Assembly (NCBI GenBank): GCA_051746725.1
Contig: JBNJFI010000024.1
Location: 3,107-26,135 of the forward strand
Length of the DNA: 23,029 bases
Direction: 5' to 3'
Source of the DNA: Fusobacteriota bacterium
Lineage (GTDB): Bacteria; Fusobacteriota; Fusobacteriia; Fusobacteriales; JBNJFI01
Positions 1-8,765 of the stretch are shown here, piece by piece. How positions within the stretch are numbered: the stretch's first letter is position 1; the number at the start of each line of letters is the position of its first letter. The notes under the pieces were generated by a model. That model was not told where the DNA came from. It searched no databases and saw nothing but the letters and a program-made list of their open reading frames with translations. The translations under genes and the position numbers were made by a program.

Positions 1-3
1 TTC

Positions 4-201
4 TTATAATGCTGATACTTCTACTGCTTGAGGTCCTTTTTCTCCCTCAACTACTTCAAATTCTACTTCTTGATCATCTTCTAAAGTTTTGAATCCGTCT
101 CCTGCTATTCCTGAAAAATGTACGAATACTTCGTCTCCTTCTTCAGTAGTGATAAATCCAAATCCTTTTTTTGCGTCAAACCATTTTACTGTTCCTGTCA
201 T
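4..201 (-). CDS. csp: Cold-shock domain protein, copy 3 (65 aa)
   Basis: [17 protein letters not shown]...VFVHFS: RNP1 (KGFGFI) and RNP2 (VFVHF) motifs. ATG at 201-199 preceded by GGAGGG. The ORF track's TTG start at 216 overlaps the RBS and is unlikely. Confidence 0.97.
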   Translation of the reverse strand: MTGTVKWFDAKKGFGFITTEEGDEVFVHFSGIAGDGFKTLEDDQEVEFEVVEGEKGPQAVEVSAL

Positions 202-268
202 TTCTTTTCCCTCCAATTACTAATTTAATTATATATTTTGTGTTTATTTTGAATACTATTCAAAATTC

Positions 269-466
269 TTATAATGCTGATACTTCTACTGCTTGAGGTC
301 CTTTTTCTCCCTCAACTACTTCAAATTCTACTTCTTGATCATCTTCTAAAGTTTTGAATCCGTCCCCTTCTATTCCTGAATAGTGTACGAACACTTCGTC
401 TCCTTCTTCAGTAGCTATGAATCCAAATCCTTTTTTTGCGTCAAACCATTTTACTGTTCCTGTCAT
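269..466 (-). CDS. csp: Cold-shock domain protein, copy 2 (65 aa)
   Basis: RNP1 KGFGFI, RNP2 VFVHY, C-terminal GEKGPQA; RBS GGAGGG. Confidence 0.97.
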   Translation of the reverse strand: MTGTVKWFDAKKGFGFIATEEGDEVFVHYSGIEGDGFKTLEDDQEVEFEVVEGEKGPQAVEVSAL

Positions 467-523
467 TTCTTCCCTCCAATTACTTGTTTGTTTTACATTT
501 TAAATTTTAAATACTTAAAACTT

Positions 524-721
524 TTATACTGCTGATACTTCTACTGCTTGAGGTCCTTTTTCTCCCTCAACTACTTCAAACTCTACTTCTTGATCATCTT
601 CTAGAGTTTTGAATCCGTCTCCTGCTATCCCTGAATAGTGTACGAATACTTCGTCTCCTTCTTCAGTAGTGATGAATCCGAATCCTTTTTTTGCGTCAAA
701 CCATTTTACTGTTCCTGTCAT
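524..721 (-). CDS. csp: Cold-shock domain protein, copy 1 (65 aa)
   Basis: Same motifs and RBS; first gene after the promoter at 766-794. Confidence 0.97.
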   Translation of the reverse strand: MTGTVKWFDAKKGFGFITTEEGDEVFVHYSGIAGDGFKTLEDDQEVEFEVVEGEKGPQAVEVSAV

Positions 722-765
722 TTCTTCCCTCCAATTACTGTAATTTATTTTTCTAACTTAAAAGT

Positions 766-794
766 AGTATATCATTAAAAGAATATTTTGTCAA
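766..794 (-). promoter_or_regulatory. Sigma70-type promoter for the csp array
   Basis: TTGACA (794-789), 17-nt spacer, TATACT (771-766) with an extended -10 TG. Confidence 0.85.
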
Positions 795-845
795 CTTTTT
801 TATATTTATTTTTAGTATTTGCCTATTAATTATCCAGTTTAAATA

Positions 846-3026
846 TCAAAAACCATAACCTATATTGATATACCCAATATATCTATTATAATCTATATTT
901 CGAGCTAGACTTAACTTTATTGGTCCTATTCCTGAATTTGATCCTATTTCAAATCCAAAACTTGAAAGTTTTTTTTCTGATTCTTTGCTATTGTACCAAG
1001 CCTTATTGGCAAATATAGAAATGTATCTTTCTTTTTTGAATTCAGTTTGAAACTTTAATTTAATTGATTTTACTTCATCAGAAACTATTTCCATATTTTC
1101 TAAACCCTCAAATTTAAAATGAGAATCAAAAAAAGATATCCCTCCACCTAAAAATATATTCTCATTTTCTGGATAATCGCCACCTTTAATTTTACCATAG
1201 TTAATTTCTGTCTTTAAACTAGATTTTGAGTTCAGTTTAATACCATGCATTCCTTTTAAAATAAATTGCTTGTATTTAAAATAAGGATTTCCTGTTTCAA
1301 AAATAAGATCAAGCTTTGAACCCTCTTTATAAAAATAGCCTTTTTCTACGGTATCTATCTTGAAATTTATATGTTGACTTATATAGTTTCGACCTCTTTC
1401 CTCGTAGACCCCATTGCTGATTACAGGTTCTCCTTTTATAGATTTAGCCTCCCCACCTAAACTTAGAAGAGAATTAGTATTAAATTTCAAAAATATTTGG
1501 GCCCTGATTAATATCTGAGAGAAATTAAATTTGGCAATTTTATTTTGATTTTCATATATATATATTGGTATACTGGCATATTCAGCACCAACATCTAAAT
1601 CTGTTGTCTTCCATAATTTATCTTGTTGAATATAATTTAACTTTAATTCTGGGTACTCTCCTAATTTTAAAGCTATTTTTGATATATCTTTGAAATTCAT
1701 ATGAGTACGCTTTTTAACTTTAGCATATATTGATGCTTTAGTATGGTCATTATAATTCCCACCTAATTCTAAAAATCCATTTCCATTTTCTTTTATTTCA
1801 ATTATTAATATATCTTCATTAATAGTATATGAGACTTTTTTGACTTGAGCTTTTATATATAATTTTTCAACAATTCTATGAACTTGGTTATTTGTTATTT
1901 TAGTGGGCAAGTCTATATTAATTGCATCTATAATTTCACTTTTTTCAATATTTTTAGTTCCAATTATTTCTATTTTCCTAATTGGATGTTCTTTTTGGAG
2001 ATCAACCATCTTTTTTATTTTTTTATTAGAACCTCTTGGGATTTTGATTTTAGAATCCATTCTCGCCTTTATTAACTGTTCTCTTGCCTTCTCTTCTCCT
2101 AATTTAATGAGCTCTTTTTTATATTCGTAGCTCATTGAATTATACCCTTCTAAATCAGGAACAATTAATATATCGGTAAATTTTCTTTGTTCTCTAGCTT
2201 CTAAAGCCCCTTTTATGTTAAAAGTCTGTTCTAAAATTTTGGGTACTGATTTCAATTTTTCCTTTGAATATAATTCTTGCCCCACATCTACACCTATTAC
2301 AAATTCTGCTCCCATATCTCTAACTTCTTTAACTGGAAAGTTATTTACCAGCATACCATCCACTAGTATTTTATTTTGATAATCTAAGGGGGTAAATATT
2401 GTTGGAATTGATATACTAGCTCTTAAAGCTTTTACCAAATTTCCTTCTGAAAAAACAACTTGAACTCCGTTTTCTAAATCTGTTGCAATACATGTAAAGG
2501 GAATCTGAAATTTGGTGAAATCAACATCTCCAAATTTTCCCCAAGTTAATTTATGCAAAAAAGCTTCTATCCGTTGCCCTTCTATAAGACCTGCTGGAAC
2601 CTTTATAGACCATTCCTGTAGAGGAATTTGCACAGCTGATCTTTTTTCCAACTTTTCTGTTATTGGCATATCTTTTCGTTTAGTCTTTTCATCCATAAGA
2701 GAAATCCAGTCTTCATTTAAAACTATTTCTTCTAATTCTTCAGCGGAATACCCAAGAGAATATAAAGCTCCTATCAAGGCTCCCATGCTAGTTCCAGTAA
2801 TATAATCAATATTTATATTTTCCTTTTCCAAAACCTTTAAAACTCCTATATGGGCAAATCCCTTAGCTCCTCCTCCGCTTAAAACCAGTCCTATTTTTTT
2901 TCTTTTACCGGTATTAGTCTGGTGGTTTAAGCTTTCTGTCTTTTTATTTAGAATTTCATCACCTAAGGAATTAATATTTACGAGTATTAACACGAGTATG
3001 AATACTATTTTTTTTATTTTGTTCAT
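846..3026 (-). CDS. Patatin-like phospholipase with POTRA and C-terminal Omp85-like beta-barrel (type Vd autotransporter, PlpD/FplA-like)
   Basis: N-terminal signal peptide; oxyanion motif LSGGGAKG; nucleophile motif GTSMG; catalytic Asp in VDGM; POTRA-like IRKIEIIG; amphipathic beta-rich C-terminal half ending YINIGYGF with terminal Phe. Confidence 0.85.
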   Translation of the reverse strand: MNKIKKIVFILVLILVNINSLGDEILNKKTESLNHQTNTGKRKKIGLVLSGGGAKGFAHIGVLKVLEKENINIDYITGTSMGALIGALYSLGYSAEELEEIVLNEDWISLMDEKTKRKDMPITEKLEKRSAVQIPLQEWSIKVPAGLIEGQRIEAFLHKLTWGKFGDVDFTKFQIPFTCIATDLENGVQVVFSEGNLVKALRASISIPTIFTPLDYQNKILVDGMLVNNFPVKEVRDMGAEFVIGVDVGQELYSKEKLKSVPKILEQTFNIKGALEAREQRKFTDILIVPDLEGYNSMSYEYKKELIKLGEEKAREQLIKARMDSKIKIPRGSNKKIKKMVDLQKEHPIRKIEIIGTKNIEKSEIIDAINIDLPTKITNNQVHRIVEKLYIKAQVKKVSYTINEDILIIEIKENGNGFLELGGNYNDHTKASIYAKVKKRTHMNFKDISKIALKLGEYPELKLNYIQQDKLWKTTDLDVGAEYASIPIYIYENQNKIAKFNFSQILIRAQIFLKFNTNSLLSLGGEAKSIKGEPVISNGVYEERGRNYISQHINFKIDTVEKGYFYKEGSKLDLIFETGNPYFKYKQFILKGMHGIKLNSKSSLKTEINYGKIKGGDYPENENIFLGGGISFFDSHFKFEGLENMEIVSDEVKSIKLKFQTEFKKERYISIFANKAWYNSKESEKKLSSFGFEIGSNSGIGPIKLSLARNIDYNRYIGYINIGYGF

Positions 3027-4651
3027 GTTAAGTCCTTTGTATTATTATAGAATTTTTTTAATTCTTTTTTTAACTCTTTTGTCTGCTTTTTATCTTTATC
3101 TAAAATATGCTCTATTATATTATAGATCATATTATCTTGGATAGAATTTTTAATTTTATTTTTTGAATTCGCTAATACGCTTATTCCAAATTTATATTTA
3201 ACCATCTCGTTTAAAACTCCAATAAAATCTCTATACTCATCAGCATCTTTGTACTTTAAAAATATCTTTTTATATTCATCTTCCTCTTTATTATTAATCT
3301 TTATGAAAATAATAGTAATTAAAAATACTAGTATAATTATAGTAATTACAAAAAAGATCCATTTTATAAATTCCTTTTTTACCCTTAAAGTATAATATTC
3401 CTTATCCATTCTTTCCACTGGATCTATTTGAGATATTACTATTTTTTCTTGACTAACATCTTGATTTTCATCACTTTGATTATTTCCTACCTTCTTTTCT
3501 CCCCGAACATCAATTTTAAATGAATTTATTTTAGCGAACTGATATTCAGATGAGCTTTTATTAAAATATGGTATAGAAATTTCAGGAAAAATTAGCTCCC
3601 CTACCTTTTTTGGAACCAAAATAACTTCTATTTCCTTTTCAGCATAATAATTATTATTCTCCATTTTCTCAATGTCTTTTTTGACTGTTTCATAAACTTT
3701 AAAGTTTTCAAGGTCTGAACCGATTATTTCATTTATTCCATCCAAATTAGAATTTCCAAATAATTTTACTTTCAGAGTAATTGCATCTCCATAATCAATC
3801 CTTGTATCAGAATAACTTGTATTTATATTTAATTTTCCAATTATTCCCTTAAAATTTTCTGGTTTTTCCTCAGGCAATTCTAAAACTTTTATCTTTTTTG
3901 ATTGAGTTTTCAAATACTTCCTTTGGGTATTTCCGAAAAAGGAGTCCCCAGATGAAATATTTACTTGAAAATTAAATTCAGGTATATGTAAATCTCCAGT
4001 CTTAGTTGGCTTTAAAACCTTTTTTGCAACTTTATCTGTAATAGCTTTTAAATTTCCATTTTCATCATAATGTTTTCTACTTTTACCTGGTTCTAAATCT
4101 TTTGCAATAAAATTATCAAATTCTAGGTTATCTGTAAATCCACTATTTTGAATATTTACTTCTCTATATAAATTATACGCTAAAATAACTTTTTCTCCAA
4201 AATAAATTTCATCATCTGATAGTTCTGTTATTATTTCCAAGGGATTCTTTCTTTGTTTTGAACTTTCTTTCGGATTTTTTGAGTTTTTTTCCACTTTAAT
4301 ATTTTGAATATTGCTTTTATATTTTTTGTTTTTTTCCGTCCCCTGTGCATAAATTAAAAATTTTCCAATCTCTTTAGGAGACATCACATAATTATATGTA
4401 GTTGTTTTAGTCATTTTACCATTTATAATCGACGTTTGCTTTGAAGTTGATCTATTTAAAATTTCAAATTTTTCTATGTTATGTATTTTTAAATCTTTAA
4501 TATCATTAATATTATTTAAGACCACTTCCATTTCAAAAGGAGTCTTTAAAGTAACATTTGGAGTATTAACTTTTATTTCTATGCTCTTCTTATTATTTGC
4601 TAATATAACAACTGACATCAATAAAAAAATCATTACCAACTTTTTCTTCAA
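3023..4651 (-). CDS. batD: BatD-family protein
   Basis: Signal peptide; STSxQTSIINGK and GDAITLKVKLFGNSNL segments typical of BatD; one TM helix near the C-terminus; TTG start with GAGGTG RBS; follows VWA and TPR genes. Confidence 0.85.
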   Translation of the reverse strand: MKKKLVMIFLLMSVVILANNKKSIEIKVNTPNVTLKTPFEMEVVLNNINDIKDLKIHNIEKFEILNRSTSKQTSIINGKMTKTTTYNYVMSPKEIGKFLIYAQGTEKNKKYKSNIQNIKVEKNSKNPKESSKQRKNPLEIITELSDDEIYFGEKVILAYNLYREVNIQNSGFTDNLEFDNFIAKDLEPGKSRKHYDENGNLKAITDKVAKKVLKPTKTGDLHIPEFNFQVNISSGDSFFGNTQRKYLKTQSKKIKVLELPEEKPENFKGIIGKLNINTSYSDTRIDYGDAITLKVKLFGNSNLDGINEIIGSDLENFKVYETVKKDIEKMENNNYYAEKEIEVILVPKKVGELIFPEISIPYFNKSSSEYQFAKINSFKIDVRGEKKVGNNQSDENQDVSQEKIVISQIDPVERMDKEYYTLRVKKEFIKWIFFVITIIILVFLITIIFIKINNKEEDEYKKIFLKYKDADEYRDFIGVLNEMVKYKFGISVLANSKNKIKNSIQDNMIYNIIEHILDKDKKQTKELKKELKKFYNNTKDLT

Positions 4652-4664
4652 TATCTCTCACCTC

Positions 4665-5582
4665 TTACCAATTTTTTTTGTTATTTTTATCTTGAGGGAT
4701 CCCCAATATTTTCTGATTATTTTTTAAATCATCTTTTTCTTTTTGTTTTAAAGATTCTAATATCTGTCTAACTTTTCTTAAATCTTCTTCATTCATATCC
4801 TGTATAGATTCGTTTTTTTCTTCAGACTTTGAATCTTTTTTATCTTTATCTTGTTTTGTATTTTTGTTTTCTTTTTGTTTATTTTTTTCTGCTTCCTTAG
4901 ATTTTTCTTGATTATCTTTGCTTTCTTCACCTTTCTTTTTTTCGTCTTTCTTTTTTTCGTCTTCAGATTTTTTTTGTTTATTTTGGTTTTTTTCGTTCTT
5001 CTTTTCGTTGCTTTTTTTGTTCTTCTTTTCCTCTTTTTTATTTTCCTCTTTTTCATTTTCTTCGTTATTTTTTTCGTTATTTTTTTCTTTCTCATTATTT
5101 TTCTCGTTATTTTCGTTTTGATTTTTTTCCATTTTATCTTTTAAATCATCTATCCTATTTTTAATTAATTCATAATTAAATTTGTAATTTTTATCTTTAG
5201 GATTTAAACTTATAGCTTGTTTATATTTTTCCAATGCCTTTTCGTAATTTTTGATTTTATTTTTTATATTTTTATCTTTATTTCCATATTTAACATATAT
5301 ATTTCCAAGCAAAAAAGAAGTTTCGTCATTTTTTACTTTTTCAAAATAGTTCATAGCTTTTTCCAGTTGATTACTTTTCAAAAAAGCTAATCCTAAATTT
5401 TTTCGAATTTTTAATTCTGGATCTAATTCAAGGGCTTTTTCATATTCATTAATAGCTTCTTCATATCTTCCGTTATTATATTTCTCATTTCCCAAACTTG
5501 CTATCTTATAAGCAGATTCTTTATCTGTTATATATCCAGAAAATATGAAAGGTAATAATATTAAAATTACTAACTTTTTCAT
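4665..5582 (-). CDS. batC: TPR protein with low-complexity K/E/N tail, BatC-like (305 aa)
   Basis: TPR motifs (GNEKYNNGRYEEAINEYEKAL; YKQAISLNPKDKNYKFNYE), charged linker, C-terminal ILESLKQKEK...KNW. The ATG at 5582 has an AAGGAG RBS; the alternative ATG at 5603 overlaps the batB stop. Confidence 0.8.
   Translation of the reverse strand: MKKLVILILLPFIFSGYITDKESAYKIASLGNEKYNNGRYEEAINEYEKALELDPELKIRKNLGLAFLKSNQLEKAMNYFEKVKNDETSFLLGNIYVKYGNKDKNIKNKIKNYEKALEKYKQAISLNPKDKNYKFNYELIKNRIDDLKDKMEKNQNENNEKNNEKEKNNEKNNEENEKEENKKEEKKNKKSNEKKNEKNQNKQKKSEDEKKKDEKKKGEESKDNQEKSKEAEKNKQKENKNTKQDKDKKDSKSEEKNESIQDMNEEDLRKVRQILESLKQKEKDDLKNNQKILGIPQDKNNKKNW
4850..5125 (-). repeat. Low-complexity A-rich coding tract (e.g. 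repeated NEKNNE units) in batC
   Basis: Imperfect repeats encoding NNEKNNEKEKNNEKNNEE; the tract also produces spurious ORFs in other frames. Confidence 0.8.
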
Positions 5583-5599
5583 TTTTTCTCCTTTTTTGA

Positions 5600-6550
5600 T
5601 CATATTCTCTTATTTATATTAAAATAACCTATTAAAAACAGTAATAATCCTACACCTAAAAAATATTGATATAGCTTATTATATACTTTTATCTTTTCAC
5701 GTCTAGTGTCTTCTCTTTTTAGTTTTAAAATATCTTTTACCACTTCTCGAATCTCGTCACCAGTAACAGTCGATCTATATAATTTCCCTTTTAATTTTTT
5801 CAATATATCTAAATTGAGTTTTGAAGTAACTGCATTGTTATTCTCGTCTGTTATCCAACCAATTTGTTTTCCCTGATCATCTAAACGGGGAATCAAACCA
5901 CCATTTTTAGTTCCTATGGCGATTTTATAAAAAGATGCATCTATTTCTTTTGCAGTTTCAAGGGGATTTTCGTCATGTATCTCACCATCTGTAAGGATTA
6001 TAATTGCTCTATCAGTTCCTTTACTTTTTTGAAAAGAATTCTGTGCTAATTTTAAAGCTTTGTCTAAATCCGTTCCTCCAGAAGACATCATTTTGGTATC
6101 TATTACTTCTAAAAACATTTTAGACATATCATAATCATCTGTTAATGGCATTTGGATATATGCAGAGCTGGCAAAGGGAATAAAACCTACTCTATCTCCA
6201 TTTAAGTTATTTAAAAGCTCCTCTATACTGCTTTTAGCTCTTTTCAATCGGTTTGGTTTAACATCTTCTACTAACATACTTTTAGATACATCGATCAACA
6301 CGTATATATCTAAACTTTTCTTTTCTATTTCTCGTTCCTCTTTTAAAATTTGTGGACCCAATAATGAAATTGTAATTAAAATAATTCCTAAAAACATAAC
6401 TAAGTTTCTAAAAAAATAATTCTCTACATATTTTTCCATTCCAATAAGTTGTAAAGTTTTATTTCTCTTTCGAACTCCAAATATTAATATAAATAACCCT
6501 ATTATACTTATTAATATATATATCCAATTTTTTAAATTTGCGAATTCCAA
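5600..6550 (-). CDS. batB: von Willebrand factor A domain membrane protein, BatB-like (316 aa)
   Basis: MIDAS DVSKS, PNRL, DRVG..FA...PLTDD, GGTD, ILTDGE; two N-terminal and one C-terminal TM helices. TTG start at 6550 directly downstream of GGAGGAG. Confidence 0.85.
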   Translation of the reverse strand: MEFANLKNWIYILISIIGLFILIFGVRKRNKTLQLIGMEKYVENYFFRNLVMFLGIILITISLLGPQILKEEREIEKKSLDIYVLIDVSKSMLVEDVKPNRLKRAKSSIEELLNNLNGDRVGFIPFASSAYIQMPLTDDYDMSKMFLEVIDTKMMSSGGTDLDKALKLAQNSFQKSKGTDRAIIILTDGEIHDENPLETAKEIDASFYKIAIGTKNGGLIPRLDDQGKQIGWITDENNNAVTSKLNLDILKKLKGKLYRSTVTGDEIREVVKDILKLKREDTRREKIKVYNKLYQYFLGVGLLLFLIGYFNINKRI

Positions 6551-6579
6551 TGTATCTCCTCCTCCCAATTGATCATAAT

Positions 6580-6617
6580 CCAATATAGATCCTGGATATT
6601 CCCAGAATCTATATTGG
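6580..6617 (-). other. 16-bp RNA stem-loop between ychF and batB
   Basis: Minus strand reads CCAAUAUAGAUUCUGG-GAAUAU-CCAGGAUCUAUAUUGG: fully paired with one G-U; no U tract follows. Confidence 0.75.
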
Positions 6618-6643
6618 TAAAACCATATTTGTTTTTCTATTTA

Positions 6644-7738
6644 TTATACGTTAAATCTAAATAACATTACATCTCCGTCTTGAACACTATAGTCCTTACC
6701 TTCTAATCTCAAAGTACCAGCTTCTCTAGCCCCACTCCATCCTTTAGCTTCAATAAAGTCATCATAAGATACAGTTTCTGCTCGTATAAATCCTTTCTGA
6801 ATATCTGAATGTATCTCAGAGGCTGCCTTTGGAGCTAGTTCATCTTTTTTGACTGTCCAAGCTCTAACCTCTTTAACTCCAGCTGTAAAATAAGTTATTA
6901 AACCTAATAATTTGTATCCAGCTTTAATAAGTCTGTTTAAACCTGGCTCTTCCAAGCCAATATCTTCTAGAAACATAGCTTTTTCATCATCTTCTAGTTC
7001 AGATAATTCAGCTTCTACCTTTGCTGAAACAACAACTACTTCCGAATCATGTTCTTTGGCGTATTCTCTTACTTCTTCGACATATTTATTACCTGAAACT
7101 AATTCATCTTCTCCTACATTCGCTGCATACATCATTGCCTTTTTTGTTAAAAATTGATATTCTTTAATTAAATCCCATTCATCTTCAGTTAAATCTAATA
7201 CCTTTAATAATTTAAATTCCTCTAAATGATCTTTTATTTTTAACAAAATTTCTAATTTCTGTTTAGATTCCTTATCTTGTCCCCTTGCAGCTTTTTTATA
7301 TTTTTCAACAGCTTTTTCTGCCATTTCTAAATCCGCTAATACCAACTCTGTATTAATTGTTTCTATATCTCGTATTGGATCAACGTCTCCATCTACATGT
7401 GTTATGTTATCATCTTCAAAACATCTTACAACTTGACATATAGCTTGTGTTTCTCTAATATTAGATAAAAATTTATTACCCAACCCTTCTCCTTTAGAGG
7501 CTCCCTTAACTAATCCAGCTATATCTAAAAATTCTACTGTTGCACTTACTGTCTTTTTTGGATCAATAACCTCTGCTAATCCCTCTATTCTTTCATCAGG
7601 TACTTTTACTACCCCTACATTTGGTTCTATTGTACAAAATGGATAATTTTCCGCATCAGCAACTCCTGCTTTTGTTATTGCATTAAAAAGAGTTGATTTT
7701 CCCACATTTGGTAATCCTACTATTCCTATTCCTATCAT
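6644..7738 (-). CDS. ychF: Ribosome-binding ATPase YchF (Obg family)
   Basis: [46 protein letters not shown]-terminal TGS domain ending FRFNV. Confidence 0.98.
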   Translation of the reverse strand: MIGIGIVGLPNVGKSTLFNAITKAGVADAENYPFCTIEPNVGVVKVPDERIEGLAEVIDPKKTVSATVEFLDIAGLVKGASKGEGLGNKFLSNIRETQAICQVVRCFEDDNITHVDGDVDPIRDIETINTELVLADLEMAEKAVEKYKKAARGQDKESKQKLEILLKIKDHLEEFKLLKVLDLTEDEWDLIKEYQFLTKKAMMYAANVGEDELVSGNKYVEEVREYAKEHDSEVVVVSAKVEAELSELEDDEKAMFLEDIGLEEPGLNRLIKAGYKLLGLITYFTAGVKEVRAWTVKKDELAPKAASEIHSDIQKGFIRAETVSYDDFIEAKGWSGAREAGTLRLEGKDYSVQDGDVMLFRFNV

Positions 7739-7773
7739 TTATTTTCCTCCTAAGTTATACTCAATTTATATAA

Positions 7774-7802
7774 ATTTTATCATATTTCATCCTTTTTTTC
7801 AA
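7774..7802 (-). promoter_or_regulatory. Sigma70-type promoter for ychF and possibly bat-patatin
   Basis: TTGAAA (7802-7797), 17-nt spacer, TAAAAT (7779-7774) with extended TG. Confidence 0.65.
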
Positions 7803-7898
7803 AGGTTGAATTAAATATTTTTCTTTTTATTATTTTTTTCTTTTAATGATCTCTCTTTTTTGATATACTTAATATATAAAATTAATCAGGAGGTTATT

Positions 7899-8636
7899 TT
7901 GAAAAAAGATGGTTCAGAAGTAATTATAGATTTTTTAGACAAAAAAAATATGAAAATAATACAGAGAAATGACTATCAAAACTTCTCTTTGGATTCTGTC
8001 TTAATATCTAATTTTTTAACTATAAACAGAAAAACAAAAAAGGTTATCGACTTAGGAACAGGTAATGGAGTTATACCTATGTTACTTCAAGAAAGGACTA
8101 AAGCTCAGATTGAAGGGATAGAAATTCAAGAAGTATCGTATAATCTTGCAAAAAAGAATATAACTTTAAATAATCTGAAAAATCAAGTAAAAATAATTAA
8201 AGGAGATATAAAAAATTATAAAAATTTATTTTCCCACCAATCATTCGATAGTGCAATCTGTAATCCGCCATTTTTTGAAACTTCTGAAAATGAAAAACAA
8301 TTAAATAATTTAGATCAACTTAGTATAGCTAGACATGAAGTAAATATAACTTTAGATGAAATAGTTGAAGCTGCGGCTTTTTTGATAAAGCAACGTGGGT
8401 ATTTTTCAATGGTTCATAGATCTAAAAGACTTCCTGAAATACTAGAAGTCCTTAAAAAACATAATCTCGAGCCTAAAAGATTACAGTTTTGTCATTCCAA
8501 AAAAGATAAAAAATCCAAAACTGTCCTAATTGAAAGTATGAAAAATGGGAAGCCAGGACTAGATATTTTACCACCACTTTTCACACACAAAAAAGATGGA
8601 ACCTACTCCAAAAAAGTAAGTTCCATGTTCAGCTAA
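7899..8636 (+). CDS. yfiC: tRNA1(Val) adenine(37)-N6 methyltransferase, YfiC/YabB family (245 aa)
   Basis: FSLDSVL, SAM-binding DLGTGNG, NPPF, IARHE, EPKRLQF. TTG at 7899 follows AGGAGG; candidate extended -10 TGATATACT at 7861-7869. Confidence 0.88.
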   Translation: MKKDGSEVIIDFLDKKNMKIIQRNDYQNFSLDSVLISNFLTINRKTKKVIDLGTGNGVIPMLLQERTKAQIEGIEIQEVSYNLAKKNITLNNLKNQVKIIKGDIKNYKNLFSHQSFDSAICNPPFFETSENEKQLNNLDQLSIARHEVNITLDEIVEAAAFLIKQRGYFSMVHRSKRLPEILEVLKKHNLEPKRLQFCHSKKDKKSKTVLIESMKNGKPGLDILPPLFTHKKDGTYSKKVSSMFS

Positions 8637-8729
8637 ATATATTAAATTTTTTTATTCATATTTAAATCCTTAAAGAATATATAAATATTTTTAGTCTTTC
8701 TTTTTTAATTATATTAACTCTTTTATACA

Positions 8730-8757
8730 TAAAAAGACAGGATACTCTGTCTTTTTA
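8730..8757. terminator. Bidirectional intrinsic terminator between convergent methyltransferase and glyA
   Basis: TAAAAAGACAG-GATACT-CTGTCTTTTTA inverted repeat with A/T tracts on both sides. Confidence 0.8.
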
Positions 8758-8765
8758 CGTAACAC

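Larger units (their letters stand above)
4..738 (-). repeat. Tandem direct repeat of three csp cistrons plus RBS
   Basis: Manual alignment: 8 differences in 198 nt for copy 1 vs 3 and for copy 2 vs 3. All three share the leader AGTAATTGGAGGGAA(AA)GAA-ATG; the rest of the spacers has diverged. Confidence 0.95.

Noticed and set aside
4..738. Regularly spaced repeats as a CRISPR array
   Set aside because: Repeat units are about 220-nt protein-coding cistrons with an RBS; no cas genes in the window.
2352..2360. DGM instead of DGG, suggesting an inactive patatin
   Set aside because: The catalytic Ser (GTSMG), Asp and oxyanion glycines are all retained; variation at the third position alone does not indicate inactivity.
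1878..2805. Plus-strand ORFs 1878..2075, 1903..2130 and 2512..2805
   Set aside because: Antisense shadows of the patatin gene with no recognisable motifs.
4476..5144. ORFs 4476..4727 (+), 4793..5095 (-, Lys-rich, histone-like), 4851..5144 (+) and 4918..5121 (+)
   Set aside because: Alternate-frame or antisense artefacts of batD and the low-complexity, stop-poor batC tract.
6551..6583. N-terminal extension MDYDQLGGGDT of batB in the ORF track
   Set aside because: The GGG codons are the Shine-Dalgarno sequence of the TTG at 6550, and the upstream start lies inside the hairpin.
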